A stretch of DNA of 57,682 nt from an uncultured Clostridia bacterium (lineage in GTDB: Bacteria > Bacillota > Clostridia > TANB77 > CAG-508), in the NCBI GenBank assembly GCA_949746675.1, contig CATKDT010000047.1, positions 1-57,682 on the forward strand, given 5' to 3'. The notes beneath the pieces are model-generated. The model was not told where the DNA came from and did no database searches. It saw nothing but the letters and a program-made list of their open reading frames with translations. A program made the position numbers and the translations under genes. Shown here in pieces: positions 31,367 to 41,610 of this stretch; within the stretch, counting starts at the first letter, position 1; each line of letters opens with the position of its first letter.

Positions 31367-31627
31367 ATGGAAGTTTTAAAAATCTCATCAAAATCAAACC
31401 CAAATTCAGTAGCAGGAGCTATTGCAGGAATGGTGAAAGAAGCAAACAAAGCAGAGATGCAAGCGATTGGAGCTGGTGCATTAAATCAGGCGGTAAAGGC
31501 AGTAGCAATTGCAAGAGGATTTGTAGCGCCAGCAGGAGTAGACTTAGTATGTATACCAGCATTTGCAGAAGTACAAGTAGAAGGTGAAGACAGAACAGGA
31601 ATAAAATTAATTGTAGAATCAAGATAA
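31367..31627 (+). CDS. spoVS: Stage V sporulation protein S
   Basis: MEVLKISSKSNPNSVAGAIAGMV...AIGAGALNQAVKAVAIARGF is the near-invariant SpoVS sequence. Shine-Dalgarno AGGAGG. Confidence 0.93.
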   Translation: MEVLKISSKSNPNSVAGAIAGMVKEANKAEMQAIGAGALNQAVKAVAIARGFVAPAGVDLVCIPAFAEVQVEGEDRTGIKLIVESR

Positions 31628-31821
31628 AAGAATTCTATAGATTATAATTAAATGAGGGGCATAAAAAATATTATGATATTTTTGTGCCTTTTTATAGTAT
31701 GTTATATTAATAATGTATAAAAATAAATTTTTAATATATTAAAAATACTTGAAAAAGTTTAATTCTTAGTATATTATGTTTTAGAATAATTAATAAGAGA
31801 AAAAATAATGAAAGGAAAAAT

Positions 31822-33402
31822 ATGAAATCAAACAACAATAATATATTTAAGTACATATTTGCAGTTGTAGTCATTGGACTAGCTATTGGAGCAGTGTACA
31901 TATTATATTATAGTAAAAATAACAATATTGAAGAAGTAATAGAAGAAGAAACTCAGACAAAAAATGAAAGTGAAATAAGCATTGTTGAAAACATAAAAAT
32001 GGGAATATCAAATTATGATACAATGAACCCCCTTTTAACAACAAATAAAGAAATAATTAATATCAGTAAGCTTATATTTGAACCATTAGTAGAAATTACA
32101 GAAGATTACCATGTACGAGCATGTCTTGCAAAATCATTTGAAAAAATAGATGATAGAACATACCAAGTAAAAATTGACAATTCTATCAAATGGCAAGATG
32201 GAACAAGTTTCATTGCAAAAGATATACAATTTACAATTGAAAAAATAAAAGAGGAAAGATCGATATATACATCAAATGTTGAGTGTATTGAAAGTGTTGA
32301 GACACCTGATTCTGAAACAGCAATAATAAAATTAAATAGAGATGTTGATTTTATAGAATTTTATTTAGATTTTCCAATACTTTCAAGCACATACTATTTA
32401 AATGAAGATTTTAAAAATTCTAGTAAGATACCTATGGGAACAGGAATGTATAAAATAGCTAGTATTGACAATGATAATATTTTATTAATTAGAAATGATA
32501 GATGGAGAAATTTAAATGAAGCAACTCCAAAAACTTCGTCAATATCAATTCATAAATACAATGCAATAGGCGAAATGTTTAATACTTTTAAATTAGGAAA
32601 TATTGATATAATCAATACATATATGACAAACTATAATGATTATGTAGGAACTATTGGATATAATAAAAAAGAATATAGAGGAAGAAGTTATGATTTTTTA
32701 AGTTTTAATTGTGATGATACAATTCTTACAAATAAAGCTGTAAGAAGAGCTATAAATTATGCAATAAACAAAAATGATATAGTATCATCAGTGTTAGGAA
32801 ATTCAAAAATTGTAACAAGTGGACCATTAGATTATGGTAGCTATCTTTATAATGGAGAAGGAGTAATAACTCCAAATCAGGATGAAGCAAAAAAAATTCT
32901 TCAAGATGATGGATGGACATATGTAAATAATAGATGGCAAAAAAGTATTAATGGACATGTGCGAAGATTAGTTTTAAACTTAACTGTAAATGAGGGAAAT
33001 CAAGAGAGAATCAATGTTGCAAATAGTATAAAAAAACAGCTTGCAGATATTGGAATTATTATAAATGTAATTAGTGTAACTGAAGAAAAGTACCATGAAT
33101 ATTTGCAAAATAAAAATTACCAAGTGATATTAACAGGAATAAATAATTCTATAACTCCTGATTTATCATATTTTTATGGAGATAATAATATAGCAAATTA
33201 CAATAATGAAAATATAAAATCAAAATTACACTCAGTAGAGAATTTCGCAGAAATACAAAAAATTGCAAATGAAGATGTTCCATATATTGGATTATATAGA
33301 AATAAAGGAATATTAATTCTAAATGCTAATATGGGAGGCGAATTTAAGCCAAATTCATACTTTACGTATTATGACTTTTTTGAATGGTATAGACAAGTTT
33401 AG
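31822..33402 (+). CDS. ABC transporter substrate-binding protein, family 5 (peptide/nickel type), membrane-anchored. No permease genes are adjacent.
   Basis: N-terminal TM anchor. Length and motifs (DGTSFIAKDIQFT, YLNEDF, PMGTGMYK) are typical of the SBP_bac_5 family. Confidence 0.7.
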   Translation: MKSNNNNIFKYIFAVVVIGLAIGAVYILYYSKNNNIEEVIEEETQTKNESEISIVENIKMGISNYDTMNPLLTTNKEIINISKLIFEPLVEITEDYHVRACLAKSFEKIDDRTYQVKIDNSIKWQDGTSFIAKDIQFTIEKIKEERSIYTSNVECIESVETPDSETAIIKLNRDVDFIEFYLDFPILSSTYYLNEDFKNSSKIPMGTGMYKIASIDNDNILLIRNDRWRNLNEATPKTSSISIHKYNAIGEMFNTFKLGNIDIINTYMTNYNDYVGTIGYNKKEYRGRSYDFLSFNCDDTILTNKAVRRAINYAINKNDIVSSVLGNSKIVTSGPLDYGSYLYNGEGVITPNQDEAKKILQDDGWTYVNNRWQKSINGHVRRLVLNLTVNEGNQERINVANSIKKQLADIGIIINVISVTEEKYHEYLQNKNYQVILTGINNSITPDLSYFYGDNNIANYNNENIKSKLHSVENFAEIQKIANEDVPYIGLYRNKGILILNANMGGEFKPNSYFTYYDFFEWYRQV

Positions 33403-33620
33403 AACATATACAATAATAAATTAAATTCTTAAAAGTAAAATTGAAAAGTATACATAATACAACAAAAATCCTAAAGGAAGGTATACATAATATTAGAATA
33501 TACAAAATATTTTTTACAATTAGTATACATAAAATTTAAAAATAAAAAAAATATTATGCTTGTAATTAGCTGATTTTAAAGTAAAAAAATATAAAAACAA
33601 AAAAATGTTCGCTAAAAGTG

Positions 33621-33666
33621 TTGACAAAAAAATAAAATATTGTATAATAATAACGAACACGCGTTT
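33621..33666 (+). promoter_or_regulatory. recA promoter with LexA (Cheo-type) box
   Basis: TTGACA (33621-33626), 16 nt spacer, TGTATAAT (-10 at 33643-33648), then CGAACACGCGTTT (box 33655-33666, GAAC-N4-GTTT). Confidence 0.65.
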
Positions 33667-33758
33667 AGGAGAATGCAAAGCCAATTAAAAAATTATAAGT
33701 GCAAATAAAGTACAGAAGGATTATTATAAGTGATTAAAAAAAGTAAGGAGAAAACAAA

Positions 33759-34859
33759 ATGAGTAAAAAAGAAACAGAAAATGAAAAAATTAATTTAGAA
33801 AAACAAAAGGCATTAGAAGCAGCGATGGGGCAAATTGAAAAACAATTTGGAAAAGGTGCAATAATGAAATTAGGTGACTATTCAGCGATGAATATTGAGG
33901 CAATACCAACAGGAGCATTAAGTCTTGATATTGCCTTAGGAATAGGAGGAATACCTAAAGGAAGAATAATAGAAATATTTGGACCTGAATCTTCAGGTAA
34001 AACTACACTTGCATTACATATGATTGCAGAAGCACAAAAAATGGGGGGAGAAGCAGCATTTATTGATGCTGAGCATGCACTAGATCCAGTATATGCAAAG
34101 CATTTAGGAGTTGATATAGATAATTTAATAGTATCACAACCTGATACTGGAGAACAAGGGCTTGAAATAGCAGAAGCATTAGTTCGTTCAGGAGCAATAG
34201 ATATAATTATAGTTGACTCTGTTGCGGCACTTGTTCCAAAAGCTGAAATTGATGGTGATATGGGAGATGCACATGTAGGACTTCAAGCAAGATTAATGTC
34301 ACAAGCTTTGCGTAAACTTGCGGGTGTTATAAATAAATCAAACAGTGTAATTGTATTTATTAACCAATTAAGAGAAAAAGTAGGAATAATGTTTGGAAAT
34401 CCTGAAACTACTCCAGGTGGACGTGCACTAAAATTTTATTCATCAGTTAGGTTAGACATTAGAAAAATTGAAAATATCAAGCAAGATGGAGAAGTCCTTG
34501 GAAACAGAGCAAGAGTTAAAGTTGTAAAAAATAAAGTTGCACCACCATTTAGAGAGGCTGAATTTGATATAATTTATGGAAAAGGAATATCAAAATCAGG
34601 AAATATCCTTGACCTTGCAGTAAATCTTGGTATAATTGAAAAAAGTGGCTCATGGTTTGGCTATGATGGAAACAGAATAGGACAAGGCCGTGAAAATGCA
34701 AAGAAATATTTAGAAGACAATCCAAAAATAATGGAAGAGATTGAAAAGAAAGTTAGAGATAATTTTAATACAGCATTTGAGCAAAGTCTAGCAGAAGATG
34801 CTCCAATTAAAGAAGATACTGAGGAAGAGGAATTTAATGAGGAGGAACTAGAAGATTAA
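33759..34859 (+). CDS. recA: Recombinase RecA
   Basis: [12 protein letters not shown] (Walker A), IIVVDSVAAL and the L1/L2 loop regions. Full length with an acidic tail. Confidence 0.96.
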   Translation: MSKKETENEKINLEKQKALEAAMGQIEKQFGKGAIMKLGDYSAMNIEAIPTGALSLDIALGIGGIPKGRIIEIFGPESSGKTTLALHMIAEAQKMGGEAAFIDAEHALDPVYAKHLGVDIDNLIVSQPDTGEQGLEIAEALVRSGAIDIIIVDSVAALVPKAEIDGDMGDAHVGLQARLMSQALRKLAGVINKSNSVIVFINQLREKVGIMFGNPETTPGGRALKFYSSVRLDIRKIENIKQDGEVLGNRARVKVVKNKVAPPFREAEFDIIYGKGISKSGNILDLAVNLGIIEKSGSWFGYDGNRIGQGRENAKKYLEDNPKIMEEIEKKVRDNFNTAFEQSLAEDAPIKEDTEEEEFNEEELED

Positions 34860-34950
34860 TACTTATAATAGTTTAGAGGAAATTAATGTACGATTAAATC
34901 AAAAAAAATTAAAAAGAAATGAAAATTGTTCTTGTGGGAAAAAGGAAATA

Positions 34951-35499
34951 ATTTTAACAGAACAATATAGTGATACTGAAAAAAATGCAGGTGAAAAATA
35001 TAATAACAGAGAGTTAATTGAAAGAACTAAAGATAAATCTATAAAAAATAAAAAGTCCTTCGAAGAATTAGAACAGTTTGATAAAGTAAAAACCAGAATA
35101 TTAAAGTATATATTTTATAAGAAAAGAACTGCTGAAGAAGTTAGAAGAAAGTTTGAAGCAACATATGATAAAGAAATATTAACTGAAGTAATAGAAAATC
35201 TAATTGATTTAGGATATATTAATGATAATTCTTATATTGATAGAGCAGTAAATGAATATATGGCAATAAAGGATATGTCTATTAGAGAAATCAAAAACAA
35301 ACTATTATCAAAGGGATTGAAAAATAAAACAATAGACGAATATTTTCAAGAAAAGTATGAAATATTAAAAGAATATGAAATAAAATCAGCTAAAAATATT
35401 GCAAACAAAAAATCAAGAACAATGGATAACATTGAAATTAGAGGATTTTTAATGAGAAAAGGATATAGTAGTGAAAGCATAAAAGAAGCATTGAATTAA
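34951..35499 (+). CDS. recX: RecX-family regulator. The start codon is unresolved: there is no ATG, GTG or TTG in the open frame before 35260.
   Basis: Frame 1 is open from 34852. RecX-like helical repeats (AEEVRRKFEATYDKEILTEVIENLIDLGYINDNSYIDRAV...IREIKNKLLSKGL...IRGFLMRKGYSSESIKEAL) begin well upstream of the first ATG at 35260. The candidate start is ATT 34951, after the purine-rich GGGAAAAAGGA. Confidence 0.6.
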   Translation: MLTEQYSDTEKNAGEKYNNRELIERTKDKSIKNKKSFEELEQFDKVKTRILKYIFYKKRTAEEVRRKFEATYDKEILTEVIENLIDLGYINDNSYIDRAVNEYMAIKDMSIREIKNKLLSKGLKNKTIDEYFQEKYEILKEYEIKSAKNIANKKSRTMDNIEIRGFLMRKGYSSESIKEALN

Positions 35500-35527
35500 C
35501 TTTATATATAGAAAGGGAAGTTTTATA

Positions 35528-36280
35528 ATGCAAAGTATATTAACATTAGAAACAAACAAATATAAGATAAAAATTGAAAACTTTGAAGGCCCATTAGATT
35601 TGCTGTGTCATTTGATTGATGAAAACAAAATGGATATATATGAAGTTAACATAAATCAAATAACAGACCAATATATTGAATATATAAAAAAAATGGAACA
35701 ATTAGATTTAGAATTGACAAGTGAATTCTTACTAATGGCATCAAACTTATTATATATTAAATCAAAAAAACTTTTACCACGTCAAGAGAGCAATGACGAA
35801 ATGCTTTCAGAAGAAGAACTTATACAAAGAATAATTGAATATAAAAAATATAAAGAAAGTACAACTAAATTTAAAGAAATGTATGAAAAAAACAATAAGA
35901 AAGTATTTAGAAGTATAAAAGAAAAGATACAATTACCAGAATTAGACTTAGAAGTAAATGAGGATTATCATAATCTTGCAGATATATATGAAACAATAAT
36001 ACATAAAATAACAACAAAGATGAATAAAAATGCGAAAAATGTAGAAAAAATTGCTTTGATTGAAAATTATGTTGTTGGAGATACTATAAAAACAATGTAT
36101 AGAGAACTAATAAAAAAATCACATTTTGTATTTAACAGACTTTTTTCATTAGATAGATGTAAACCACAAGAAGTTGTAACAGCTTTCTCAGGACTGCTTG
36201 AAATGTCAAGAAGAAGTAAAGTAGTAACAAAACAAGAAAGATTATTTGGAAATATAGAGGTCCAAAAAAAGAAAAAGTAA
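35528..36280 (+). CDS. scpA: Segregation and condensation protein A
   Basis: FEGPLDLLCHLI..KMDIYEVNINQITDQY plus the C-terminal winged-helix region. Confidence 0.88.
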   Translation: MQSILTLETNKYKIKIENFEGPLDLLCHLIDENKMDIYEVNINQITDQYIEYIKKMEQLDLELTSEFLLMASNLLYIKSKKLLPRQESNDEMLSEEELIQRIIEYKKYKESTTKFKEMYEKNNKKVFRSIKEKIQLPELDLEVNEDYHNLADIYETIIHKITTKMNKNAKNVEKIALIENYVVGDTIKTMYRELIKKSHFVFNRLFSLDRCKPQEVVTAFSGLLEMSRRSKVVTKQERLFGNIEVQKKKK

Positions 36281-36375
36281 TGTTATTTTAGAAAACATAA
36301 CAATAGATTAAAATGACTTAATAATTGAAAATTCATATATAAATTGCTTAATACAAAAGTATAAGAAGCAAAAAT

Positions 36376-37104
36376 ATGGAAAAACTATCACTAGGAGAAT
36401 ATAAAGTGATAGTTTTTTATTATTGTTTAAATTTTATATTAATAACTATAGTAGTCTTAGTAGTAATACTTGCATTTTCATCAATTACAGTAAAAGTTGA
36501 AAAAATAAAAATTGATAATGCAAATTCAATTAGTACTATCATTAACCATGCCATTGAAAAACAATATATAGATATATTAAATAACATTAAAATAGTATTA
36601 AAGATCAAGATAAAAATTTTCAATATTTTACCAATTACTATACTTACTATTAACAATAAAAAAATTAAATCAATGATTGAAAAAAATATTGGAAAAGTTC
36701 AACTAAAGCCTAAAAATAAAGAATTAATAAAATTAATGAGTATTAATATAATAAATAAACATTTAAGAATAAACAAAGTAGATATAGATATGGAGTTAGG
36801 ACTACATAATGCACATTATACAGCATTAGTGTCAGCAGTATTTATGATTATAATTGCAATTAGTCTAAATATAATAACAGAGGATAGAATTAAAATATAT
36901 AAAGATGAGAAAAAACAAGAAAAATATTTAAATAGAAATTTTAGATATAAGGTAGATCCTGTATATAGTGAAAATATTACATTTAGTTTAGCAATAGGGG
37001 TACAAATAACTATAAAGATAATTACAATAATTAAAGAATTTTTAATGTATAAATCTAATTTATTTGTAAATAATACCAATAAATATAAAGTAAAGGAGAG
37101 TTAG
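36376..37104 (+). CDS. YtfI-like (DUF2953-type) sporulation-associated membrane protein
   Basis: N-terminal TM helix. The assignment rests on its position directly upstream of ytfJ, as in the Bacillus ytfI-ytfJ pair, because the sequence itself is low-complexity. Confidence 0.45.
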   Translation: MEKLSLGEYKVIVFYYCLNFILITIVVLVVILAFSSITVKVEKIKIDNANSISTIINHAIEKQYIDILNNIKIVLKIKIKIFNILPITILTINNKKIKSMIEKNIGKVQLKPKNKELIKLMSINIINKHLRINKVDIDMELGLHNAHYTALVSAVFMIIIAISLNIITEDRIKIYKDEKKQEKYLNRNFRYKVDPVYSENITFSLAIGVQITIKIITIIKEFLMYKSNLFVNNTNKYKVKES

Positions 37105-37167
37105 TTTGAAAGAATAAGCAAAACTTTCAATACTATCATATGCCTTTCAGAAAGGAATGAAGTTAAT

Positions 37168-37738
37168 ATGAGTGTATATCCAATAGAAGGTTTAATGAAT
37201 ACAGCTATGAATTCCATCAAAGAAATGGTAGATGTAAATACAATTATAGGAGAGCCAATACAAGCAAACAATAATGTTGTAATAATACCTATATCTAAAG
37301 TAAACTTTGGCTTTGCAGCAGGAGGAAGTGAATTTAAAGGAAAAGTTCAAGGAAAACCACAAGATGTAAATGCTATGCAAAATGATATAAGAATGCCATT
37401 TGGAGGAGGATCAGGAGCTCGGAGTAAGCATTAGTCCAATTGCATTTATTGTTGTTCAACAATCAGGAGTAAAATTACTTCCAATAGAACATAGTTCATC
37501 ACTTGATAAACTACTGGACTTAGTACCTGACTTAATTGATAAGCTAAATGAAATGATAGATAGTCAAATGAAAAAGATGAAAAAAAGTTCAACAAATTCT
37601 TCAAATAATACAAACACTAATGAGATGCAAAATAGTAATAATCAACCAAAAACTCCAACAGAAAATACAACTAATATAAATATTAATACAGAACCAAAAA
37701 GATATGATATTGAATATGATGAAACTTTAGATATGTAA
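37168..37738 (+). CDS. ytfJ: YtfJ/GerW-family spore protein, split by a +1 frame change at CGG 37420-37422
   Basis: IIGEPIQANNNVVIIPISKVNFGFAAGGSEF...PFGGGSGA. The 0-frame reads RSKH*. Skipping C37420 gives GGGSGA-GVSISPIAFIVVQQSGVKLLPI, the conserved YtfJ core, contiguous with ORF 37400-37738. Confidence 0.85.
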
Positions 37739-38003
37739 AAAAATAAATTATAATAGTTCCAGGATTGGAGCTATTTTTCTTTATAACATAATGTTTGAAT
37801 GTAAAAATTTTTCTAAAATTAAATCTAATAAAAATATAGTGATTAAATTAAAACAAATCAAGTTGAAATATTTTTTTGATATTTGTTATATAATTAAAAG
37901 AGTGGAAGTAAATCTAAATAATAGTATATCTACTTAAAAAGGAGAAAGGTTAAAAATTATAATTAACAATTTTTACTTTATGCCTTAAATGAAAGGAGCA
38001 GTT

Positions 38004-38888
38004 ATGAAAGAAATTTTATTTGAAGGTTGTGGAACTGCAATAGCGACACCATTTACAAAAGATGGAATTTATTTTAAAGAATTTGAAAGATTAGTAGAAG
38101 ATCAAATTAAAAACAAAATAGATGCAATAATTATATGTGGCACAACAGGAGAATCATCAACTATGAGTAAAGAAGAAAAAAAGGAGTTAATAAAATTTGC
38201 AATTGAAAAGATAAATAAAAGAACGAAAGCAATTATTGGAACAGGAAGCAATAATACTAAAGAAGCAATTGAAATGTCTAAATATGCAGAAAAGGTTGGA
38301 GCAGATGGACTTTTAGTGGTTACGCCATATTATAATAAAACAACACAAAAAGGATTAATCGAACATTATAAGGTAATAGCAAATTCAGTTAAGATACCAA
38401 TTATAATGTATAGCGTACAATCAAGAACAGGAGTAAATATAGAACCTAATACATGTTTAGAACTTTCAAAGATTGACAATATTGTAGCAATAAAAGAAGC
38501 AAGTGGAGACATATCTCAAGTTGCTAAAATAGCAAGTTTATGTAAAGAAAATCTTACAATATATTCTGGAAATGATGACCAAGTATTACCAGTACTATCT
38601 TTAGGCGGAAAAGGAGTAATATCAGTATTATCAAATATTATGCCTAAATATACACATAACTTAGTAATGAATTATTTAAATGGAGAGATAGAAAGAGCAA
38701 CAAAAATGCAATTAGAAGTTATAGATTTAATTAATAGTTTGTTTTCAGAAGTAAATCCAATTCCAGTAAAATATGCTCTAAATTTAATGCGATATGATTT
38801 TGGAACACCAAGACTCCCACTTGTTGAATTAACTAAAACAAACAAAGAAAAATTAAAAGAATTAATGAAAAAACAAGGACTTATTTAA
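38004..38888 (+). CDS. dapA: 4-hydroxy-tetrahydrodipicolinate synthase
   Basis: CGTTGES, TPYYNK and IKEASGD (catalytic Lys). I prefer the ATG at 38004, which has an AAAGGAG Shine-Dalgarno, over 37989. Confidence 0.92.
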   Translation: MKEILFEGCGTAIATPFTKDGIYFKEFERLVEDQIKNKIDAIIICGTTGESSTMSKEEKKELIKFAIEKINKRTKAIIGTGSNNTKEAIEMSKYAEKVGADGLLVVTPYYNKTTQKGLIEHYKVIANSVKIPIIMYSVQSRTGVNIEPNTCLELSKIDNIVAIKEASGDISQVAKIASLCKENLTIYSGNDDQVLPVLSLGGKGVISVLSNIMPKYTHNLVMNYLNGEIERATKMQLEVIDLINSLFSEVNPIPVKYALNLMRYDFGTPRLPLVELTKTNKEKLKELMKKQGLI

Positions 38889-38898
38889 GTCCTTGTTT
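38871..38898. repeat. 28-nt near-perfect palindrome containing both stop codons of the convergent dapA and asd
   Basis: aaacaaggactta-tt-taagtccttgttt with 13-nt arms. Both proteins therefore end K-Q-G-L-x. The two CDSs overlap by 8 nt. Confidence 0.85.
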
Positions 38899-39879
38899 AA
38901 TCAATCCCTCAACAATTTGAACAGCATTAGTGGCAGCGCCTTTTCTAATATTATCAGCAACAACCCATAAGTTTACACCAGAGAAAACACTTTCATCACG
39001 ACGAACTCTACCAACAAAAACCTCATCATGACCTGTTGCATTAATTGCAAGAGGATATAAATTTGATTTAGGCTCATCGATCAAAACAATATTAGGAAAA
39101 GATTTTAAAGTATTAAATAAATCATCTACTTCAAAAGACTTTTCAAATTCAACATTAATAGACTCAGAATGAGAATTAGTAACAGGAACTCTAACAGTTG
39201 TTGCAGTAATGCTAAGTTGTGGTTTATGCAAAATTTTTCTTGTCTCATTAATCATTTTCATTTCTTCCTTTGTATAACCATTATTCATAAAAACATCAAT
39301 ATGTGGCAAACAATTATTATAGATTGGGTGAGGAAACTTCTTTAAAGGCTTAGAATTATCAATGTTTTCTAAATCTTCTAAACCATATCTTCCAGCACCA
39401 GAAACAGCCTGATAAGTAGAATATATGACCCTTTTAATTACATATTTATTATCTAATGCTTTTAAAGGAAGCATAGCTTGAATTGTAGAACAATTAGGAT
39501 TAGCAATAATTCCTTTATGATTTTTAACATCATCAAAATTAACTTCGGGAACAACTAAAGGAACATCATTTTCCATTCTAAAAGCGCTACTATTATCAAT
39601 TACAATACAATTTTTACTTGAAGCTATTGGAGCATATTTTTTTGCAGTATCTCCACCAGCAGAGAAAAGAGCAAAATCAAAACCTTCATCAAATGAATTT
39701 TCAGTCAATTCTTTAACAACACAATTTTTACCTAAGATATTTATTATTTTACCAGCTGATTTTTTACTAGCAAATAAACTGTATTCTTTTATAGGAAGTT
39801 TTCTCTCTTCTAAAATTTTTATAAAAGACCTTCCAACAAGTCCAGTTGCACCAACAATTGCAAGCTTATATTCTTTCAT
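38881..39879 (-). CDS. asd: Aspartate-semialdehyde dehydrogenase
   Basis: LAIVGATGLVG (NADP motif), IANPNCSTIQ (active-site Cys) and QAVSGAG. Confidence 0.93.
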   Translation of the reverse strand: MKEYKLAIVGATGLVGRSFIKILEERKLPIKEYSLFASKKSAGKIINILGKNCVVKELTENSFDEGFDFALFSAGGDTAKKYAPIASSKNCIVIDNSSAFRMENDVPLVVPEVNFDDVKNHKGIIANPNCSTIQAMLPLKALDNKYVIKRVIYSTYQAVSGAGRYGLEDLENIDNSKPLKKFPHPIYNNCLPHIDVFMNNGYTKEEMKMINETRKILHKPQLSITATTVRVPVTNSHSESINVEFEKSFEVDDLFNTLKSFPNIVLIDEPKSNLYPLAINATGHDEVFVGRVRRDESVFSGVNLWVVADNIRKGAATNAVQIVEGLIKQGLK

Positions 39880-40104
39880 ATTAAATCAATTTCCTTTCTT
39901 TCAAGATATATATTTAAACCTAAAGAAGCCTCTCAATTAAACAGAGTATTTATTAAAAATATATATCTTTTTTTCATATACAAATAATATTTATAAAAGC
40001 ATCAAAATAGAACAATAATATTAAGTTGAAAGACAAGAAACATATTAAAAAAGATTGTATATTTAAGCTAAAACAAAAATTATAAAAAAAATTTAACTTA
40101 TTTC

Positions 40105-40143
40105 AAACTTTTGTTTGACAAACAGTTTTTTTTATGATATATT
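40105..40143 (+). promoter_or_regulatory. Candidate lexA promoter with an overlapping weak LexA-like box
   Basis: AAACTTTTGTTT (40105-40116, AAAC-N4-GTTT) overlaps TTGACA (40115-40120), followed by a 17 nt spacer and TATATT (40138-40143). The half-sites deviate from the GAAC/GTTC consensus. Confidence 0.35.
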
Positions 40144-40193
40144 ATTTATGTAATAGATAGAAATATTTTTAAAATATTTAGAAAGGAAAACAT

Positions 40194-40862
40194 ATGAATA
40201 AATCAGTTAGAGATGAAAATGGATTAAATAAGAGAGAAAGAGCAATATTAAAATACATACAAAAGGAAATTTCAATAAAAGGGTATGCTCCATCAGTTAG
40301 AGAAATATGTAAAGCAGTAAATTTAAGTTCAACTGCAACAGTACAAGGATATCTTAATAAATTAGAAGAAAAGGGATTTATCAAAAAGGAAAATCAAAAA
40401 GGAAGAACTTTACGATTACTTAAGAACTCAAAAGGCGAAGAAATGTCAGCTGGAATGGATACAAATAAAGAATTTTACAGTGATAAGGAAATGGTAAATG
40501 TACCTGTAATAGGAAAAATAACTGCAGGACAACCAATACTAGCAGTTGAAAATATTACTGATACATTCCCAATACCAATTGACTTTGTCGGAAATGCTGA
40601 AAGTTTCATGCTTACAGTTAGAGGAGAAAGTATGATTGAAGCTGGAATATTAGATGGAGATTATATATTAGTAAAGAAAGTAAATACAGCAGAAAATGGA
40701 CAAATAGTAGTAGCTTTGATAGAAGATGAAGCAACTGTAAAAACTTTTTATAAAGAAGAAGGACATATAAGATTACAACCTGAAAACCATACAATGGATC
40801 CTATAATAGTAAGTGATTGTGCTATACTTGGAAAAGTATGTGGAGTATTTAGAAAGATGTAG
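40194..40862 (+). CDS. lexA: LexA repressor (S24 peptidase)
   Basis: N-terminal wHTH ([33 protein letters not shown]), the cleavage region, and [21 protein letters not shown]. Confidence 0.93.
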   Translation: MNKSVRDENGLNKRERAILKYIQKEISIKGYAPSVREICKAVNLSSTATVQGYLNKLEEKGFIKKENQKGRTLRLLKNSKGEEMSAGMDTNKEFYSDKEMVNVPVIGKITAGQPILAVENITDTFPIPIDFVGNAESFMLTVRGESMIEAGILDGDYILVKKVNTAENGQIVVALIEDEATVKTFYKEEGHIRLQPENHTMDPIIVSDCAILGKVCGVFRKM

Positions 40863-40938
40863 AAAATACTATAATGTAATTGTTAAATTTTATATTTAGT
40901 AATATGAACAATTATGTAGGCAAAAGGAGAAAACTAAA

Positions 40939-41454
40939 ATGAGTTGGATGAAAAGATTAGCTAAGTGGTTAGTGATTTTTATAGTATGTTATATAGTGGT
41001 AAATATTTTAACATTTAACATAATAAAATCATCATATAAAACAAAAGAGGTAGATATTAATTTTGATCAACCAAAAGTAGAAATTTATGAATCAAAAGCT
41101 ACTATTACAAATGGATATGTAAAAGGTAAGATTACTAATAACACCAATGAAAATTTAATGAACAAAATACTTAGATTAGATTTTATCAGTCCAAGAGGAA
41201 TTTTGATGGGAACAAAGTATGTCGATATTCCTAATCTTGAATCAGGAATAGGAACTGACTTCATGTCTCAATTTAACTTTGATAATGTTGATAAAATTGA
41301 TGTATCATTTATGGATAAAAGAGATGTAAGAGACTTAAACAAACTTGATTTTAGTTTAGACAACTTAGCAAACAATAAAACAAGTTGGAAGTTAATACTA
41401 TTAGGAGTATTTATATTTTTTGGAAAAGACATAATAGCATTATCAATTTTATAA
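40939..41454 (+). CDS. Hypothetical membrane protein with an N-terminal TM helix, an extracytoplasmic beta-rich domain and a C-terminal TM helix
   Basis: AAGGAG Shine-Dalgarno. TM segments at WLVIFIVCYIVVNILTF and WKLILLGVFIFFG. Confidence 0.55.
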   Translation: MSWMKRLAKWLVIFIVCYIVVNILTFNIIKSSYKTKEVDINFDQPKVEIYESKATITNGYVKGKITNNTNENLMNKILRLDFISPRGILMGTKYVDIPNLESGIGTDFMSQFNFDNVDKIDVSFMDKRDVRDLNKLDFSLDNLANNKTSWKLILLGVFIFFGKDIIALSIL

Positions 41455-41610
41455 AAAATTATGAAAAAGTTGCTTTATTAAAATATTAGTGGTATATTTA
41501 TAGAGCATACTTTTTTATAATACAAAACAATAAGAGAATAATACGAACCTATTTTATATTTAATACAATTTAAATATTTATGGGGACGTGAATAAATAGA
41601 AGGATAATAA

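Noticed and set aside
31255-31622. ORFs 31255-31587 (+) and 31419-31622 (-), which overlap spoVS
   Set aside because: spoVS (31367-31627) has a perfect Shine-Dalgarno and a near-invariant family sequence. The overlapping frames are shadows.
34886-34897. SD-ATG-TAC-GAT-TAA as the true recX start
   Set aside because: It is in a different frame from the RecX homology and terminates after three codons. It is kept only as part of the unresolved-start observation.
37739-38003. Possible lysine riboswitch upstream of dapA, or upstream of asd at 39880-40190 on the minus strand
   Set aside because: No L-box core elements are present and the region is almost pure AT. Only a terminator-like hairpin for ytfJ was seen at about 37758-37775.
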